Positions 19,722-29,898 are shown, numbered from the whole stretch's first letter. The stretch: 62,096 nucleotides of DNA, filler included, from a bacterium (GCA_027004335.1; 9 parts of 9 records of this genome joined end to end with filler, not necessarily neighbours in it), one strand, 5' to 3'. Numbers and translations: made by a program. Notes: generated from the letters alone by a model not told the origin.

Positions 19722-19938
19722 TTAGTACCTCCTGAAAAAATTTTCTTTTAATAATATACTAAATGCAAATAATTTGCAATTGAAATCTTTCATCATGTTC
19801 CTCTTTTATCTCTTAGGGTATTGGTATCTAAAAAATAAAAGGAAAGATTTTTTTGTCCCGCTGTTGGTTAGGTAATTCTCCTTTGATAATTTTTCCCCTC
19901 CGTGTTAGAATATTACCTGCTTTCAAGGAGGTGATTTT

Positions 19939-21155
19939 ATGATTCCCCGTTATACGAGAGATGAGATTGCCCACATCTGGAGCGACGAGAATAAGTTTAA
20001 ATTATGGCTTGAAATTGAGATAGCTGTTTGCGAAGCGTGGTCAAAATTGGGGAGAGTCCCCCCCGAAGCTGTGGAAAGAATAAAAAAAAATGCCTCATTT
20101 GAGGTTCAGAGGATCCTGGAGATAGAGCAGGTTACCAAGCACGATGTAATCGCCTTTATTGAAAATGTCTCTGAATATATTGGAGAGGATGCGCAGTATC
20201 TTCATATTGGATTAACCAGTTCAGATCTCCTTGATACAGCTTTTGCCCTTCAGTTAAAACAGGCTGGAGAAATTATTTTGAAAGAGATAGATAGGGTTCT
20301 TGATACTCTTAAAAGAAGGGCATATGAATTTAAAGACACTGTTATGATAGGCAGAACTCACGGGATTCATGCGGAACCGATAACCTTTGGTTTTAAAATA
20401 GCTTCCTGGTACACCGAATTTAAAAGAGCAAGAAAACGACTTGAAAATGCCATTGAAAATATTTCTTACGGTAAGATTTCCGGAGCTGTGGGTACATTTG
20501 CCGATGTTGAGCCGCAGGTGGAAGAATACGCCCTTGAGAAGTTAGGACTGAAGCCCGAGCCTGTCTCCACTCAGGTGGTACCAAGAGACAGGCATGCTGA
20601 GTTTTTTGCGGCTCTTGCTTTGATTGCCTCATCTGCTGAGAGAATAGCAGTGGAGATAAGGCATCTCCAGAGAACAGAGGTAAGAGAGGCAGAGGAGTAC
20701 TTTTCCCCTGGTCAGAAAGGCTCTTCAGCGATGCCCCACAAGAGGAACCCCATTTTATCTGAAAATATGTGTGGACTTGCAAGGACTATAAGGGGATATT
20801 TAACTCCAGCTCTGGAAAATGTTGCCCTTTGGCACGAGAGAGATATAAGTCATTCCTCTGTGGAGAGAATGATCGCACCGGATGCCACAGTGCTTCTGGA
20901 TTTTCTCCTCCACAGGCTTGGAACTGTGCTTGATAAACTTCTCGTCTATCCTGAGAAGATGATGGAAAACCTGAACCTTACCCGCGGGTTGTTTTTTTCT
21001 CAGAGGGTTATGCTTGCTCTTATGGAAAAGGGGCTCGTTAGAAAAGATGCTTATGAGCTTGTTCAAAAACATGCAATGGATGTATGGCAGGATAAAAATA
21101 GGGATCTCAAGAGCGAACTTAAAAGTGATCCTGAAGTGATGAAATATCTGTCTGA
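19939..21155 (+). CDS. purB: Adenylosuccinate lyase (3' end lost at contig end)
   Basis: MIPRY, TKHDVIAF, GLTSSD, GRTHGIHAEP, QKGSSAMPHKRNP, LWHERDISHSS. Confidence 0.97.
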
Positions 21156-21257
21156 NNNNNNNNNNNNNNNNNNNNNNNNNNNNNNNNNNNNNNNNNNNNT
21201 TAATTAATTAANNNNNNNNNNNNNNNNNNNNNNNNNNNNNNNNNNNNNNNNNNNNAC

Positions 21258-22223
21258 CTTGCCCCGGTTACAAAAGACAAAACTGAAATAGCACTGCTGG
21301 CAAATGTTGAGATTATTGAGGAAATCTCTGCAGTTCTCACCCATAAGGCTGTTGGAATTGGTCTCTTCAGAACGGAGTTTCTTTTTCTAAACAGAGAATC
21401 TCCCCCCTCAGAGGAGGAGCAGTTTCAGATATATAAGAAAGTAGTTGAGAGGATCGATCCATTCCCCGTGACGATAAGAACATTTGATTTAGGAGCTGAT
21501 AAGAAAACTCCATTTCCTATCTATCAGGAAGATAATCCCGCCCTTGGTTTGAGAGGAGTCAGACTGGCTCTCCGGGAAAAGGAAATTTTTAAAACACAAT
21601 TGAAAGCGATTTTGAGAGCAAGCACCTATGGGAATATTCGGATTATGCTACCCATGGTCTCAGGAGTATGGGAAGTGAGAAAGGTGAGAAAAATAATAAA
21701 TGAAATAAAAAGAGAATTCCGGGAAAAGAATGTATCATTTAATGAAAAAACTCCAATTGGTGCCATGATTGAAATACCTTCTGCAGCATTTGTCTCTGAT
21801 CTCCTTGCAAAAGAGGTGGATTTCTTCAGCGTGGGGACCAATGACCTTGTTCAGTATACCCTCGCCGTGGACAGAACCAACGAGCATGTAGAGCATCTTT
21901 TTGAACCACTTCATCCTGCAGTAATCCGTATTCTCAATTTGATTGCAGAAAATGCCAGAAAAGCAGGGATAGAGGTAAGCATATGTGGTGAAATGGCAGG
22001 GGATCCAAAATTTGCTCCAATCCTGATAGGAATGGGATACAGGAATCTCAGCATGATCCCCCACTCTATTTTGAAAGTAAAAAAAGTCATAAGAGCCCTG
22101 AGCGTTAAAGAATCAAGAGAGCTTGTGCAAAAACTGCTTCTCCTTGAAACAGCCAGAAAGGTGGAGGATATTCTAAAAAAATTCATAGATACGCGGCTTT
22201 CCTTCCTCTATGATCTGGAATAA
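21258..22223 (+). CDS. ptsI: PTS enzyme I, PEP-protein phosphotransferase (5'-truncated)
   Basis: Frame is open from the contig start: ANV...GIGLFRTEFLF...EEEQF; TIRTFDLGADK; ENPALG.RG.R-like motif; MIEIPSA; DFFSVGTNDLVQY; CGEMAG. Confidence 0.93.
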   Translation, partial: LAPVTKDKTEIALLANVEIIEEISAVLTHKAVGIGLFRTEFLFLNRESPPSEEEQFQIYKKVVERIDPFPVTIRTFDLGADKKTPFPIYQEDNPALGLRGVRLALREKEIFKTQLKAILRASTYGNIRIMLPMVSGVWEVRKVRKIINEIKREFREKNVSFNEKTPIGAMIEIPSAAFVSDLLAKEVDFFSVGTNDLVQYTLAVDRTNEHVEHLFEPLHPAVIRILNLIAENARKAGIEVSICGEMAGDPKFAPILIGMGYRNLSMIPHSILKVKKVIRALSVKESRELVQKLLLLETARKVEDILKKFIDTRLSFLYDLE

Positions 22224-22226
22224 CGA

Positions 22227-23414
22227 ATGAAAAAATTTCATCGTAATGTCTGGATAACAGGTTTCACATCTTTTTTTACAGATGTTAGCACAGAAATGCT
22301 CTATCCCCTTATATCGGTTTATATCAAAGCAATGGGGGGAGGAGCTGAGGTAATAGGTCTCATTGAAGGAATTGCTGAATCCCTTGCTTCTCTTCTCAAA
22401 GTGGTATCTGGAAGCATAGCAGACAGAATAGGTAGGAGAAAACCAGTAGCGATCTCAGGCTACACACTATCTCTCATAGGTAAATTTTTTCTCTATATTG
22501 CAGGCTCCTGGCCCATCATCTTGCTGGGAAGAGCAATAGATCGCACAGGAAAAGGGATAAGAGGAGCTCCTCGTGATGCGATGATAGCAGAATCCACCGA
22601 TGGAAATATCAGAGGGGCTGCTTATGGTATCCACAGAACTCTGGATACTGCAGGGGCAGTTACAGGAGTACTAACTGCATATTTTCTTGTTACTTTTGTT
22701 CTAAACTCTCCAGAGAACAACACCGTCACCCTTCTTAAAAAAATAATTTTCATCAGCCTTGTTCCCGCCCTTGCAGGAGTAATAATACTCTTTTTCTCAA
22801 CAGAAACTGGTGAGAAAAAGAAACAAGGTGGGAAACTGGATTTCAAAACATGGAAGGAGCTGGATGCAAATTTAAAAATATTTCTCACAGCTCTCTTTCT
22901 TTTTACCTTGGGGAATTCATCAAATCAGTTCATTTTCCTGAGGGCAATCCAGAAGGATCTTTCCTTTTCAATGTCGGAGTTGATTTTGCTTTACTTACTC
23001 TTTAATGTTGTAGAAACTATTGTCTCATATCCAGCGGGGAAACTCTCGGATAGAACTGGAAGGAAACCGCTGTTGGTAACAGGATTTATAATGTATAGCC
23101 TGACATACCTGATAATAGCTCTCTGGCCTCAGCTGATATGGCTTGCAATGGCAGTTTACGGAATCTACACAGGTACAACTGGCGGAGTGGCAAGAGCCTT
23201 TGTCTCAGAACTCTCTCCCCCTGACAAAAAAGCCACAACCCTTGGGCTCTATGCCACAATTGAGGGGATCGGACTCCTGCCAGCCTCATTGCTGGCAGGA
23301 GTCCTCTGGGAGAAGATCAATATATCCGCCCCATTTCTTTTCGGTGCCGCAACGGGAATATTAGCAAGTCTGACAATTCTTGTATTTATCAGAACTTCAC
23401 AGGAAAACTCTTAA
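22227..23414 (+). CDS. MFS transporter
   Basis: About 12 TM segments; motif A SG.IADRIGRRKP and GKLSDRTGRK; DRTGKGIRGAPRDA. Confidence 0.9.
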   Translation: MKKFHRNVWITGFTSFFTDVSTEMLYPLISVYIKAMGGGAEVIGLIEGIAESLASLLKVVSGSIADRIGRRKPVAISGYTLSLIGKFFLYIAGSWPIILLGRAIDRTGKGIRGAPRDAMIAESTDGNIRGAAYGIHRTLDTAGAVTGVLTAYFLVTFVLNSPENNTVTLLKKIIFISLVPALAGVIILFFSTETGEKKKQGGKLDFKTWKELDANLKIFLTALFLFTLGNSSNQFIFLRAIQKDLSFSMSELILLYLLFNVVETIVSYPAGKLSDRTGRKPLLVTGFIMYSLTYLIIALWPQLIWLAMAVYGIYTGTTGGVARAFVSELSPPDKKATTLGLYATIEGIGLLPASLLAGVLWEKINISAPFLFGAATGILASLTILVFIRTSQENS

Positions 23415-23791
23415 AAACCCACATGCTGAGGTTTAAGGGAAGTGTTTGTATTAGTATTAATTGAATTCAACATCATCACATCACCAACCACATATGTATC
23501 CACATTTTTGATCAAATTACTGCCTGAACCGTAAACATCACAGGTTACCTTAACAAACACAAAGGTATCACTTGCATCGGTATTTTTCACCTTACCGTAG
23601 ATCCAGGTTGAGCCGCTCTGAGAATTAGGAACTATGCTAGTATCAAAAAGTTGTAGCGGTGACTGATTCTCGTTGTTGGTGTTATTTTCGTTGTTTTCCT
23701 CAGAAGATTCCGAAAGGCCACATCCTGTCCTGCTCAACAAAGACGCAAAAAACACAGGAATAATAAGTAATAAAAAGAACTTGCTTTTCAT
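23411..23791 (-). CDS. FxLYD-like domain lipoprotein, possibly C-terminally truncated
   Basis: Signal peptide ending RTGC; Asn-rich linker; IYGKVKNT...FVKVTCDVYG..S.LI...L.P...G.F. Confidence 0.55.
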   Translation of the reverse strand: MKSKFFLLLIIPVFFASLLSRTGCGLSESSEENNENNTNNENQSPLQLFDTSIVPNSQSGSTWIYGKVKNTDASDTFVFVKVTCDVYGSGSNLIKNVDTYVVGDVMMLNSINTNTNTSLKPQHVGF

Positions 23792-24060
23792 GGAGCACCT
23801 CCCCTTTTTTATCATCTATACCTTATAATGTGAAAAAAGCGCCTTTCCGGTTCTTTTCCATCTTTCTCTAAAGAAACTTAATAAGTTAAAAGCAAATCTC
23901 TATTTTTATAACAAAGAAGATGTAGAAAAAGAAATAATTAATGTGAATAATACTCTATATCTTGATATCTTGGGTGGGGAATATGTCTTAACCAGAATAA
24001 GGGGACTGTATTGATGTTCCAGGTAAAAAGTGATAGGATTTAGAAAATTAAGATAGTGGC

Positions 24061-24300
24061 ATGAGAAACTGTTTTATACTCTTACTTATTTTCTTTATTA
24101 TGCTCCTTGCCAGTTGTAGCTCCATAAAGAGGTATTCCTATTCCTTCCCTCAGGGGGTTGCCTCTGGAGATCCCACTTCTAAAAGTGTGATCCTGTGGCC
24201 AAGAGTAGTAGACAGTGGAAATGATAGCGGAATAAATTTGATTTTTTATGTTTCTGAGGATCAAGATTTTAAAAATATCGTGCAGAAGGGTAATTACCGG
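24061..24300 (+). pseudogene. Remnant of an alkaline phosphatase D (PhoD)-family lipoprotein, N-terminal domain only
   Basis: Lipobox LASC; FPQGVASGDP...VILWPR...VSED..F..IV..G; the frame then runs into unrelated sequence with no catalytic domain. Confidence 0.72.
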
Positions 24301-24430
24301 AGATCTTCACGCCCCAATAGTGTCTGGTGTTTATGCTTAATTTTTCCCCATTCTGTTTGCATCTACAATTTGTTTTTAGTATAATGAGGCTGGTATACTG
24401 TATAATGTATACAAAGATGGAGGTTTGGAA

Positions 24431-26449
24431 ATGGTTAATCCTAATAACATACCTACAAGACCGGTTCCGTGGAATGTTCCTCATTTTGATCTTACCCTTC
24501 ATTATATTTTAATGTTTGTTGCTCTTGCTTTCTTCTTATATGGTTTTTATCTTAAGTACAGAGATTGGATGGTAGGAAAAGCTACAGAGAAAGGGTTGTT
24601 GTCTAAGGATCTTTATCCCCAAAACATAAAGGATTTCTTTAGTTATGGAATAATTCAACTCAGAATTTTGAGGGAAGCTCTTACAGGAACAATGCATCTC
24701 TTCATTTTTTGGGGAATGACAATTCTTACTATTGGAACAGTTATTGTTGCTGTCCACATGGATATGGGGATTCACATTTATAAGGGAATCTTTTATCTTC
24801 TTGTATCTTTCTTCCTTGAAATATTTGGCATCTTGTTAATTATTGGCGTACTTATTGCTGCCTATCGGAGATATATACAGAAAAATAAGAGATTGATGAA
24901 CAAATGGGATGATGCGGTAATTCTTCTCCTTTTCTTCTTGATTCCTTTAACAGGTTTTATTTTAGAAAGTATAAGGATACATATAACTCATCCTGAGTGG
25001 GCAAAGTGGTCTTTTATTGGATACTGGTTGAGTGGCATTTATGGAGGAATGAGTGACTCAACTTTGAGAACAATTCATAGGCTTACATGGGATTTGCATT
25101 CATGGATGGCTCTGGGGTTTATTGCTCTAATTCCGTTTACGAAATTAACCCATATTTTTGTTTCTCCTGCGTATCTTCTTATAAAGAAAAATAAGCCATC
25201 GGCAAAGCTTCCGACAACTTTTAATCTAATGGAGTTAATGGAAGCAAGCGATGAGGAAATGGAAAATTTTAAATCGGGAATAGATGTTTTTGCTGATATT
25301 GAAGTGAGAGATCTGGTAATGCTGGATGCCTGTACAAGATGTGGAAGATGTACCGAGGCATGTCCCGCATGGAATACGAATAAAGCTCTTAACCCAAGAG
25401 ATGTGATTTTAAAGCTTAGTGGGCAGTTGCATTCAAAACAGAGAGATGAAACCTTCATAGGAACGACTATTTCAGAAGAAGAAATCTGGGATTGTACAAC
25501 CTGTGGGGCATGTATAGAGAAATGTCCTGTGATGATCAGGCAATATGATCTGTTAATGATGATGAGAAGAAGCCTTGTTGATCAGATGAAGATTGATCCA
25601 AATGCAAAGAACGCTCTCAATAGGTTTAGAAACACTGGTAATCCCTATGGACTCAGTCCTTCTGAAAGATTGGCGTGGGCAAAGGATCTTGAGGTTCCCA
25701 CCATAAAAGATAATCCTAATCCTGAATATCTCTACTGGGTTGGATGTTCTCCTTCTTATGATCCAAGAAATATAAAGATTGCAAGAGCGTTTGTCCAGAT
25801 ATTGAATAAAGCTGGTGTAAATTATGCTGTTTTAGGTTCAGAGGAACGATGTTGTGGTGATAGTGCAAGAAGATTGGGAGATGAAGCTCTCTTTCAGGAA
25901 CTTGTATTTCAGAATATAGACTTGTTTAATCAGTATGGTATTAAAAAGATACTTGTTACATGTCCTCATGGGTATAATACTTTTAAAAATGAATATCCAG
26001 AATTCGGTGGTAACTTCGAAGTAATGCATCATTCTCAATTATTAGCTAAATTAATTGCTGAAGGAAGAATTAACCCCAGGGGATTGGATCTATCTAAAAT
26101 TACTTATCATGATCCATGTTATCTTGGAAGACACAATGGGGAGTATGATGCTCCAAGGGCGGTTGTAAGCAGTATTGCTAATAATCATTTTATAGAGCTT
26201 GATAGGAACAGGAATAATTCTTTCTGCTGCGGAGGTGGAGGTGGTAAAATGTGGTATGAGGAAACAGGTGAGAGAATTAATTATAACCGAGCTGATGAGA
26301 TAATTGGTAAAGGAGTTGATGCTGTTGCAGTTGCTTGTCCATTTTGTTTAACTATGCTTGAAGACGGAATGAAATACAGAAACAAAGAGGAAGAGATCGC
26401 AGTCAAAGATATTTCTGAGCTTGTCTGGGAAGCTGTTAAGGAGGAATAA
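24431..26449 (+). CDS. fadF: Membrane-bound Fe-S oxidoreductase, FadF/HdrF-like (NarI-type membrane domain + 2x4Fe-4S + CCG domains)
   Basis: TM region with conserved His; CTRCGRCTEACP, CTTCGACIEKCP, CCGD, CPH, YHDPCYLGR, CCGGGGG, ACPFC; ATG at 24431 follows GGAGG. Confidence 0.85.
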   Translation: MVNPNNIPTRPVPWNVPHFDLTLHYILMFVALAFFLYGFYLKYRDWMVGKATEKGLLSKDLYPQNIKDFFSYGIIQLRILREALTGTMHLFIFWGMTILTIGTVIVAVHMDMGIHIYKGIFYLLVSFFLEIFGILLIIGVLIAAYRRYIQKNKRLMNKWDDAVILLLFFLIPLTGFILESIRIHITHPEWAKWSFIGYWLSGIYGGMSDSTLRTIHRLTWDLHSWMALGFIALIPFTKLTHIFVSPAYLLIKKNKPSAKLPTTFNLMELMEASDEEMENFKSGIDVFADIEVRDLVMLDACTRCGRCTEACPAWNTNKALNPRDVILKLSGQLHSKQRDETFIGTTISEEEIWDCTTCGACIEKCPVMIRQYDLLMMMRRSLVDQMKIDPNAKNALNRFRNTGNPYGLSPSERLAWAKDLEVPTIKDNPNPEYLYWVGCSPSYDPRNIKIARAFVQILNKAGVNYAVLGSEERCCGDSARRLGDEALFQELVFQNIDLFNQYGIKKILVTCPHGYNTFKNEYPEFGGNFEVMHHSQLLAKLIAEGRINPRGLDLSKITYHDPCYLGRHNGEYDAPRAVVSSIANNHFIELDRNRNNSFCCGGGGGKMWYEETGERINYNRADEIIGKGVDAVAVACPFCLTMLEDGMKYRNKEEEIAVKDISELVWEAVKEE

Positions 26450-26452
26450 TCT

Positions 26453-26478
26453 AAAGGGCGGCGTAAGCCGCCCTTTTT
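26453..26478. terminator. Bidirectional intrinsic terminator
   Basis: AAAGGGCGGC-GTAA-GCCGCCCTTTTT between convergent genes. Confidence 0.85.
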
Positions 26479-26480
26479 AT

Positions 26481-26724
26481 TTAACTATACATTTTGTCAA
26501 TTAAATCTTTGTACTTCTCATCAATAACTCTTCTTTTAACTTTAAGTGTTGGTGTTAATTCTCCACTTTCAGGAGTGAGAGGAAAGGGTATAAGCTCAAA
26601 TTTTTTAATTGTTGAATATCTTGGAAGAGTGCTATTAACCTCCTGAACAGCCTCTTCAAATATTTTTCCTATTTCCTCTTTCGATAGTAAATCTTTCATG
26701 TCAGAATATTCTATACCTTTTTCC
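26481..26724 (-). CDS. C-terminal fragment of a second long-chain acyl-CoA ligase (5'-truncated)
   Basis: VN..LPRYSTIKKF...GELTPTLKVKRR..I...Y matches the C-terminus of 16934-18754. Confidence 0.85.
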
Positions 26725-26916
26725 NNNNNNNNNNNNNNNNNNNNNNNNNNNNNNNNNNNNNNNNNNNNTTAATTAATTAANNNNNNNNNNNNNNNNNNNN
26801 NNNNNNNNNNNNNNNNNNNNNNNNCAACTTTCGTAGGAATATTTTCCATATACGGTTTTGCCGGATTCTCAAACTGATAATCTTTATTGATAAACAACCA
26901 TGATTCTCCAAGATCG

Positions 26917-27183
26917 TCAGTAGTACCAAGTATCAATTTCCTTAACTTGAGAATCACTGAGAGACGGATTATGGGTCTTAATTATTTTCAATGCGAAGAG
27001 GATAAAATCATTCTCTCTTTTCCGTTCCGCAATTTTAACTTCGTAAGGAGCTTCCAGATAAATGACTTTTCCCAAGGGTGTTCCAGAGGTTTTCTCCCTG
27101 GTAAATGATGTGCCCCATATAAGCACTAAAATTGAAATAGCTACCAGAAATAACCCCTTTTTTGCCCTTCTTGTACTAATCAT
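26917..27183 (-). CDS. Membrane-anchored protein, probably the N-terminus of an SLT lytic transglycosylase (disrupted near contig end)
   Basis: N-terminal TM helix; IIKTHNPSLSDSQVKEI resembles the segment preceding SLT domains; the sequence then switches abruptly. Confidence 0.4.
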   Translation of the reverse strand: MISTRRAKKGLFLVAISILVLIWGTSFTREKTSGTPLGKVIYLEAPYEVKIAERKRENDFILFALKIIKTHNPSLSDSQVKEIDTWYY

Positions 27184-27201
27184 TTTTAATATCCTTTTTT
27201 A

Positions 27202-27233
27202 AATTTAAAGGGGGGCTACCCCCCCTTTAAATT
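27202..27233. terminator. Hairpin terminator downstream of the phasin-like gene
   Basis: AATTTAAAGGGGGG-CTAC-CCCCCCTTTAAATT. Confidence 0.75.
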
Positions 27234-27888
27234 ACTTTGATGCATCTTGCTGTTTTGCAAGCTTGTTAATTTTCTTGGTAAGATCTTCCACCTTTTTCTC
27301 TACATTTTTAAGTCTCTTATTGATCTCTTCAATTTGGTCTCTTGTTGGGATATCTACTTTTTCAATTGCTTTCTTGATCCCATCAAGGACTTTTGCCTCA
27401 AATTCATCCTGACTTGTTCTGAGCTTTTCAGTAAGATCATTAACTCTTGCAATGATCTCTTTCTGTGATGATTCTCTGTAACTTGTCACTTTCTGGAGCA
27501 AATTCTGAAGCTCGTTCTGAACTGAGTTGAATTTTTCTTTTGCAGTTTCCACATTTTCCTTTACAATGTCGTTAACTTTCTTCACAACATCTTCTCTGAT
27601 TAATGTTGCCATGGTTCTTACCTNNNNNNNNNNACTCTGAATCGTCTCTTGAAGCTTATTCAAAATTTCAATCTGTGTCTTTAACTTTTCTGTAAGTTCT
27701 TTAACTCTCCCCTCAAATTCTGCTGATTTTTCTTCGCCTTTTTTATATATTTCTTTTTTAGAAGTAAGGAGTTCTGATAACTTCCTTGTTTCTTCTTCAA
27801 GAACTCCATATACACCTGCTACAACTATAAGTGATCTTTTCAATGTTGCTTCAACATCCTTCAGTTTTTCCTGAATATTCCTGACCAT
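27232..27888 (-). CDS. Phasin / PHA granule-associated-like coiled-coil protein (spans a 10-N gap)
   Basis: All-helical amphipathic sequence; LIVVAGVYG..EE near the N-terminus; PhaF/PhaI-like DIPTRDQIEEINKRL..VE; SD AAGGAGG before ATG 27888. Confidence 0.65.
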   Translation of the reverse strand: MVRNIQEKLKDVEATLKRSLIVVAGVYGVLEEETRKLSELLTSKKEIYKKGEEKSAEFEGRVKELTEKLKTQIEILNKLQETIQSXXXXVRTMATLIREDVVKKVNDIVKENVETAKEKFNSVQNELQNLLQKVTSYRESSQKEIIARVNDLTEKLRTSQDEFEAKVLDGIKKAIEKVDIPTRDQIEEINKRLKNVEKKVEDLTKKINKLAKQQDASK

Positions 27889-27915
27889 TGCAACCTCCTT
27901 TTTTATTTCAATAAT

Positions 27916-27944
27916 AGTATAACACATTGCGTCAACATTGTCAA
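27916..27944 (-). promoter_or_regulatory. Sigma70 promoter of the phasin-like gene
   Basis: TTGACA (27944-27939), 17-nt spacer ending TGT, TATACT (27921-27916). Confidence 0.75.
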
Positions 27945-28071
27945 ACTTTTTTTGACAAAGTTTGCAAATATGCTTTTAAACTTTTAAACTCTACCAATTT
28001 TGTTTTAACGCTTGATTTTATGTCTTACATTTATTAAAATCTATTAAGATTTTTAGAAAAGGGAGTAAGTG

Positions 28072-29889
28072 ATGAAGAAGAACAAATTTAAAATCCTTTT
28101 CATATTTATCCTTATGGTTATAGTTTCATCATGTGTCAGTGAAAAAGGAAAATCTGAAAGAGAACAAAATTTAGAAAAAGGGAAATATTATCTGAGTCAT
28201 GGAGACTATGTTTTTGCTCTGGAGTATTTTGATAAAATTTTAAAGGAAAACCCTCATGATGGTGAAGCATTGATCGGTTCATCAATCTCCCAATTTTTTG
28301 CACTTACCCTTGACATAGCAAATTATATTGCATCTGTGGCGGGTATAAACAGGTCTGAGGGGATTCCAAGTGGTGGTTTTAACATTATGGGTGGTACAAA
28401 AACAGAAAAACAAGATATTTTTCAGGTAATTAAAGATCTCCTTGGTGGATTGCTTGTAAGATTGGAGAAAATGGATTCAACATTTAACTTGGCAGAGGAA
28501 TATGGGACCAGTTTAAAAGTCTCACATGTTCCTTTGATGTGGAATATGAAGACAGTACTCGATTTTGGAGGAAAAATTGATAGAACTGATATCTATTTCT
28601 TAAGTATGCTTAGTAAACTTTTCCTTGGAAGCATTAAGTTTCTTCTTTCCCAGCAGTTAGATATGGATATTTTTGAAGCCTATGCGCAGTACAATCATCT
28701 TAAAGAAACCCACATTGCAGGAACAACTATTCCAAAAGCTTTAATGATCATGAATATAATTGTTGAGCAACTGAACGATCCTGAAGTAAATCTCTTGAAT
28801 CTTAGTAAATGGGACCTTGATTCAGATAATAGGGATGACGGAGAGGAATTTTATACTGAATTTCCGAATTATATTACAGGAGCGTACGAAGATCTCATGA
28901 ATCTCTTTAAGTATGGTGAAAAAGAACCTCTTGCACCAGATGAAGTGGTGGAGGTTATTAATGCAGATAAGGCGGCGAGTCTCCCTGAAGATGATTCAGC
29001 CAGAACTTTATTCAACAATAATGAGGTAACATATGTGGTAAGGCTGGACAAAAGAGTATATGTCCATGGTAATACCATTACGGTGGATTTATACTTTGAC
29101 AAAGATGGACTTGACGCACTGAAAAGAATAGTGGACCAGATTAAAGGGATCCGTAAAGATAGGGTGAATCTTGTAAATGATATTCTTCCAGTTTTTTCAG
29201 ATGTTGTAGCGTCACTACTTAAGATTATATCTGATACGAAATTAATTAAACTTCCTTCATTCCTAAACGGACTGATGTCACTTGGTTCAATTTCTCCATC
29301 AATGATATACCAATTTATTGTATCCTTTGTACCAGATATTTTTGAATTTGATTTTCATGCATTTTTTTCTACTCCCGTATCATTCAGGACTCTTCTACCT
29401 CCATGGAGGAACGATCTTGATAAAGATGAAAATATGTTTTTCCTTGAATGGGATACTGATCAGGGTTATGAACCTGGAAGAATGGAACAATATCTTTCCT
29501 TTCTGGGACCATGGGGACTGGTTCTCCCCCAATCAATACCACCTGTTGACTCTTACCACTTTAGTTCACCAATTTATCATGCCCCTGAATACAGATCTCT
29601 TAATATCCATACCATAGCTCCCGATCAAGTCGCCTCTCCACTGCCATATATTTCTTTTAGAAACAACGATGCTTCATTTAATAAGCTTCTCTATCTTTGT
29701 TTTGGAAATGATCCTGTAAAGATAAATCCTACCATAAATTTAGGTATATATTATGGATTGAGTGCTACCTCAACTGATTATCCTAAAGAATTTTCCCCGG
29801 CAACAGCAAGGGATTTTAACGCTGTCATTGCATATTTCTATGGAAAATATAAAAATACTTTTGATAGCTTACTTTACGGGAATAAATAG
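28072..29889 (+). CDS. Hypothetical lipoprotein with N-terminal TPR
   Basis: Lipobox VSSC; LEKGKYYLSHGDY..ALEYFDKILKENPHDGEA TPR; remainder not recognised. Confidence 0.7.
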   Translation: MKKNKFKILFIFILMVIVSSCVSEKGKSEREQNLEKGKYYLSHGDYVFALEYFDKILKENPHDGEALIGSSISQFFALTLDIANYIASVAGINRSEGIPSGGFNIMGGTKTEKQDIFQVIKDLLGGLLVRLEKMDSTFNLAEEYGTSLKVSHVPLMWNMKTVLDFGGKIDRTDIYFLSMLSKLFLGSIKFLLSQQLDMDIFEAYAQYNHLKETHIAGTTIPKALMIMNIIVEQLNDPEVNLLNLSKWDLDSDNRDDGEEFYTEFPNYITGAYEDLMNLFKYGEKEPLAPDEVVEVINADKAASLPEDDSARTLFNNNEVTYVVRLDKRVYVHGNTITVDLYFDKDGLDALKRIVDQIKGIRKDRVNLVNDILPVFSDVVASLLKIISDTKLIKLPSFLNGLMSLGSISPSMIYQFIVSFVPDIFEFDFHAFFSTPVSFRTLLPPWRNDLDKDENMFFLEWDTDQGYEPGRMEQYLSFLGPWGLVLPQSIPPVDSYHFSSPIYHAPEYRSLNIHTIAPDQVASPLPYISFRNNDASFNKLLYLCFGNDPVKINPTINLGIYYGLSATSTDYPKEFSPATARDFNAVIAYFYGKYKNTFDSLLYGNK

Positions 29890-29898
29890 AGGGTAAAA

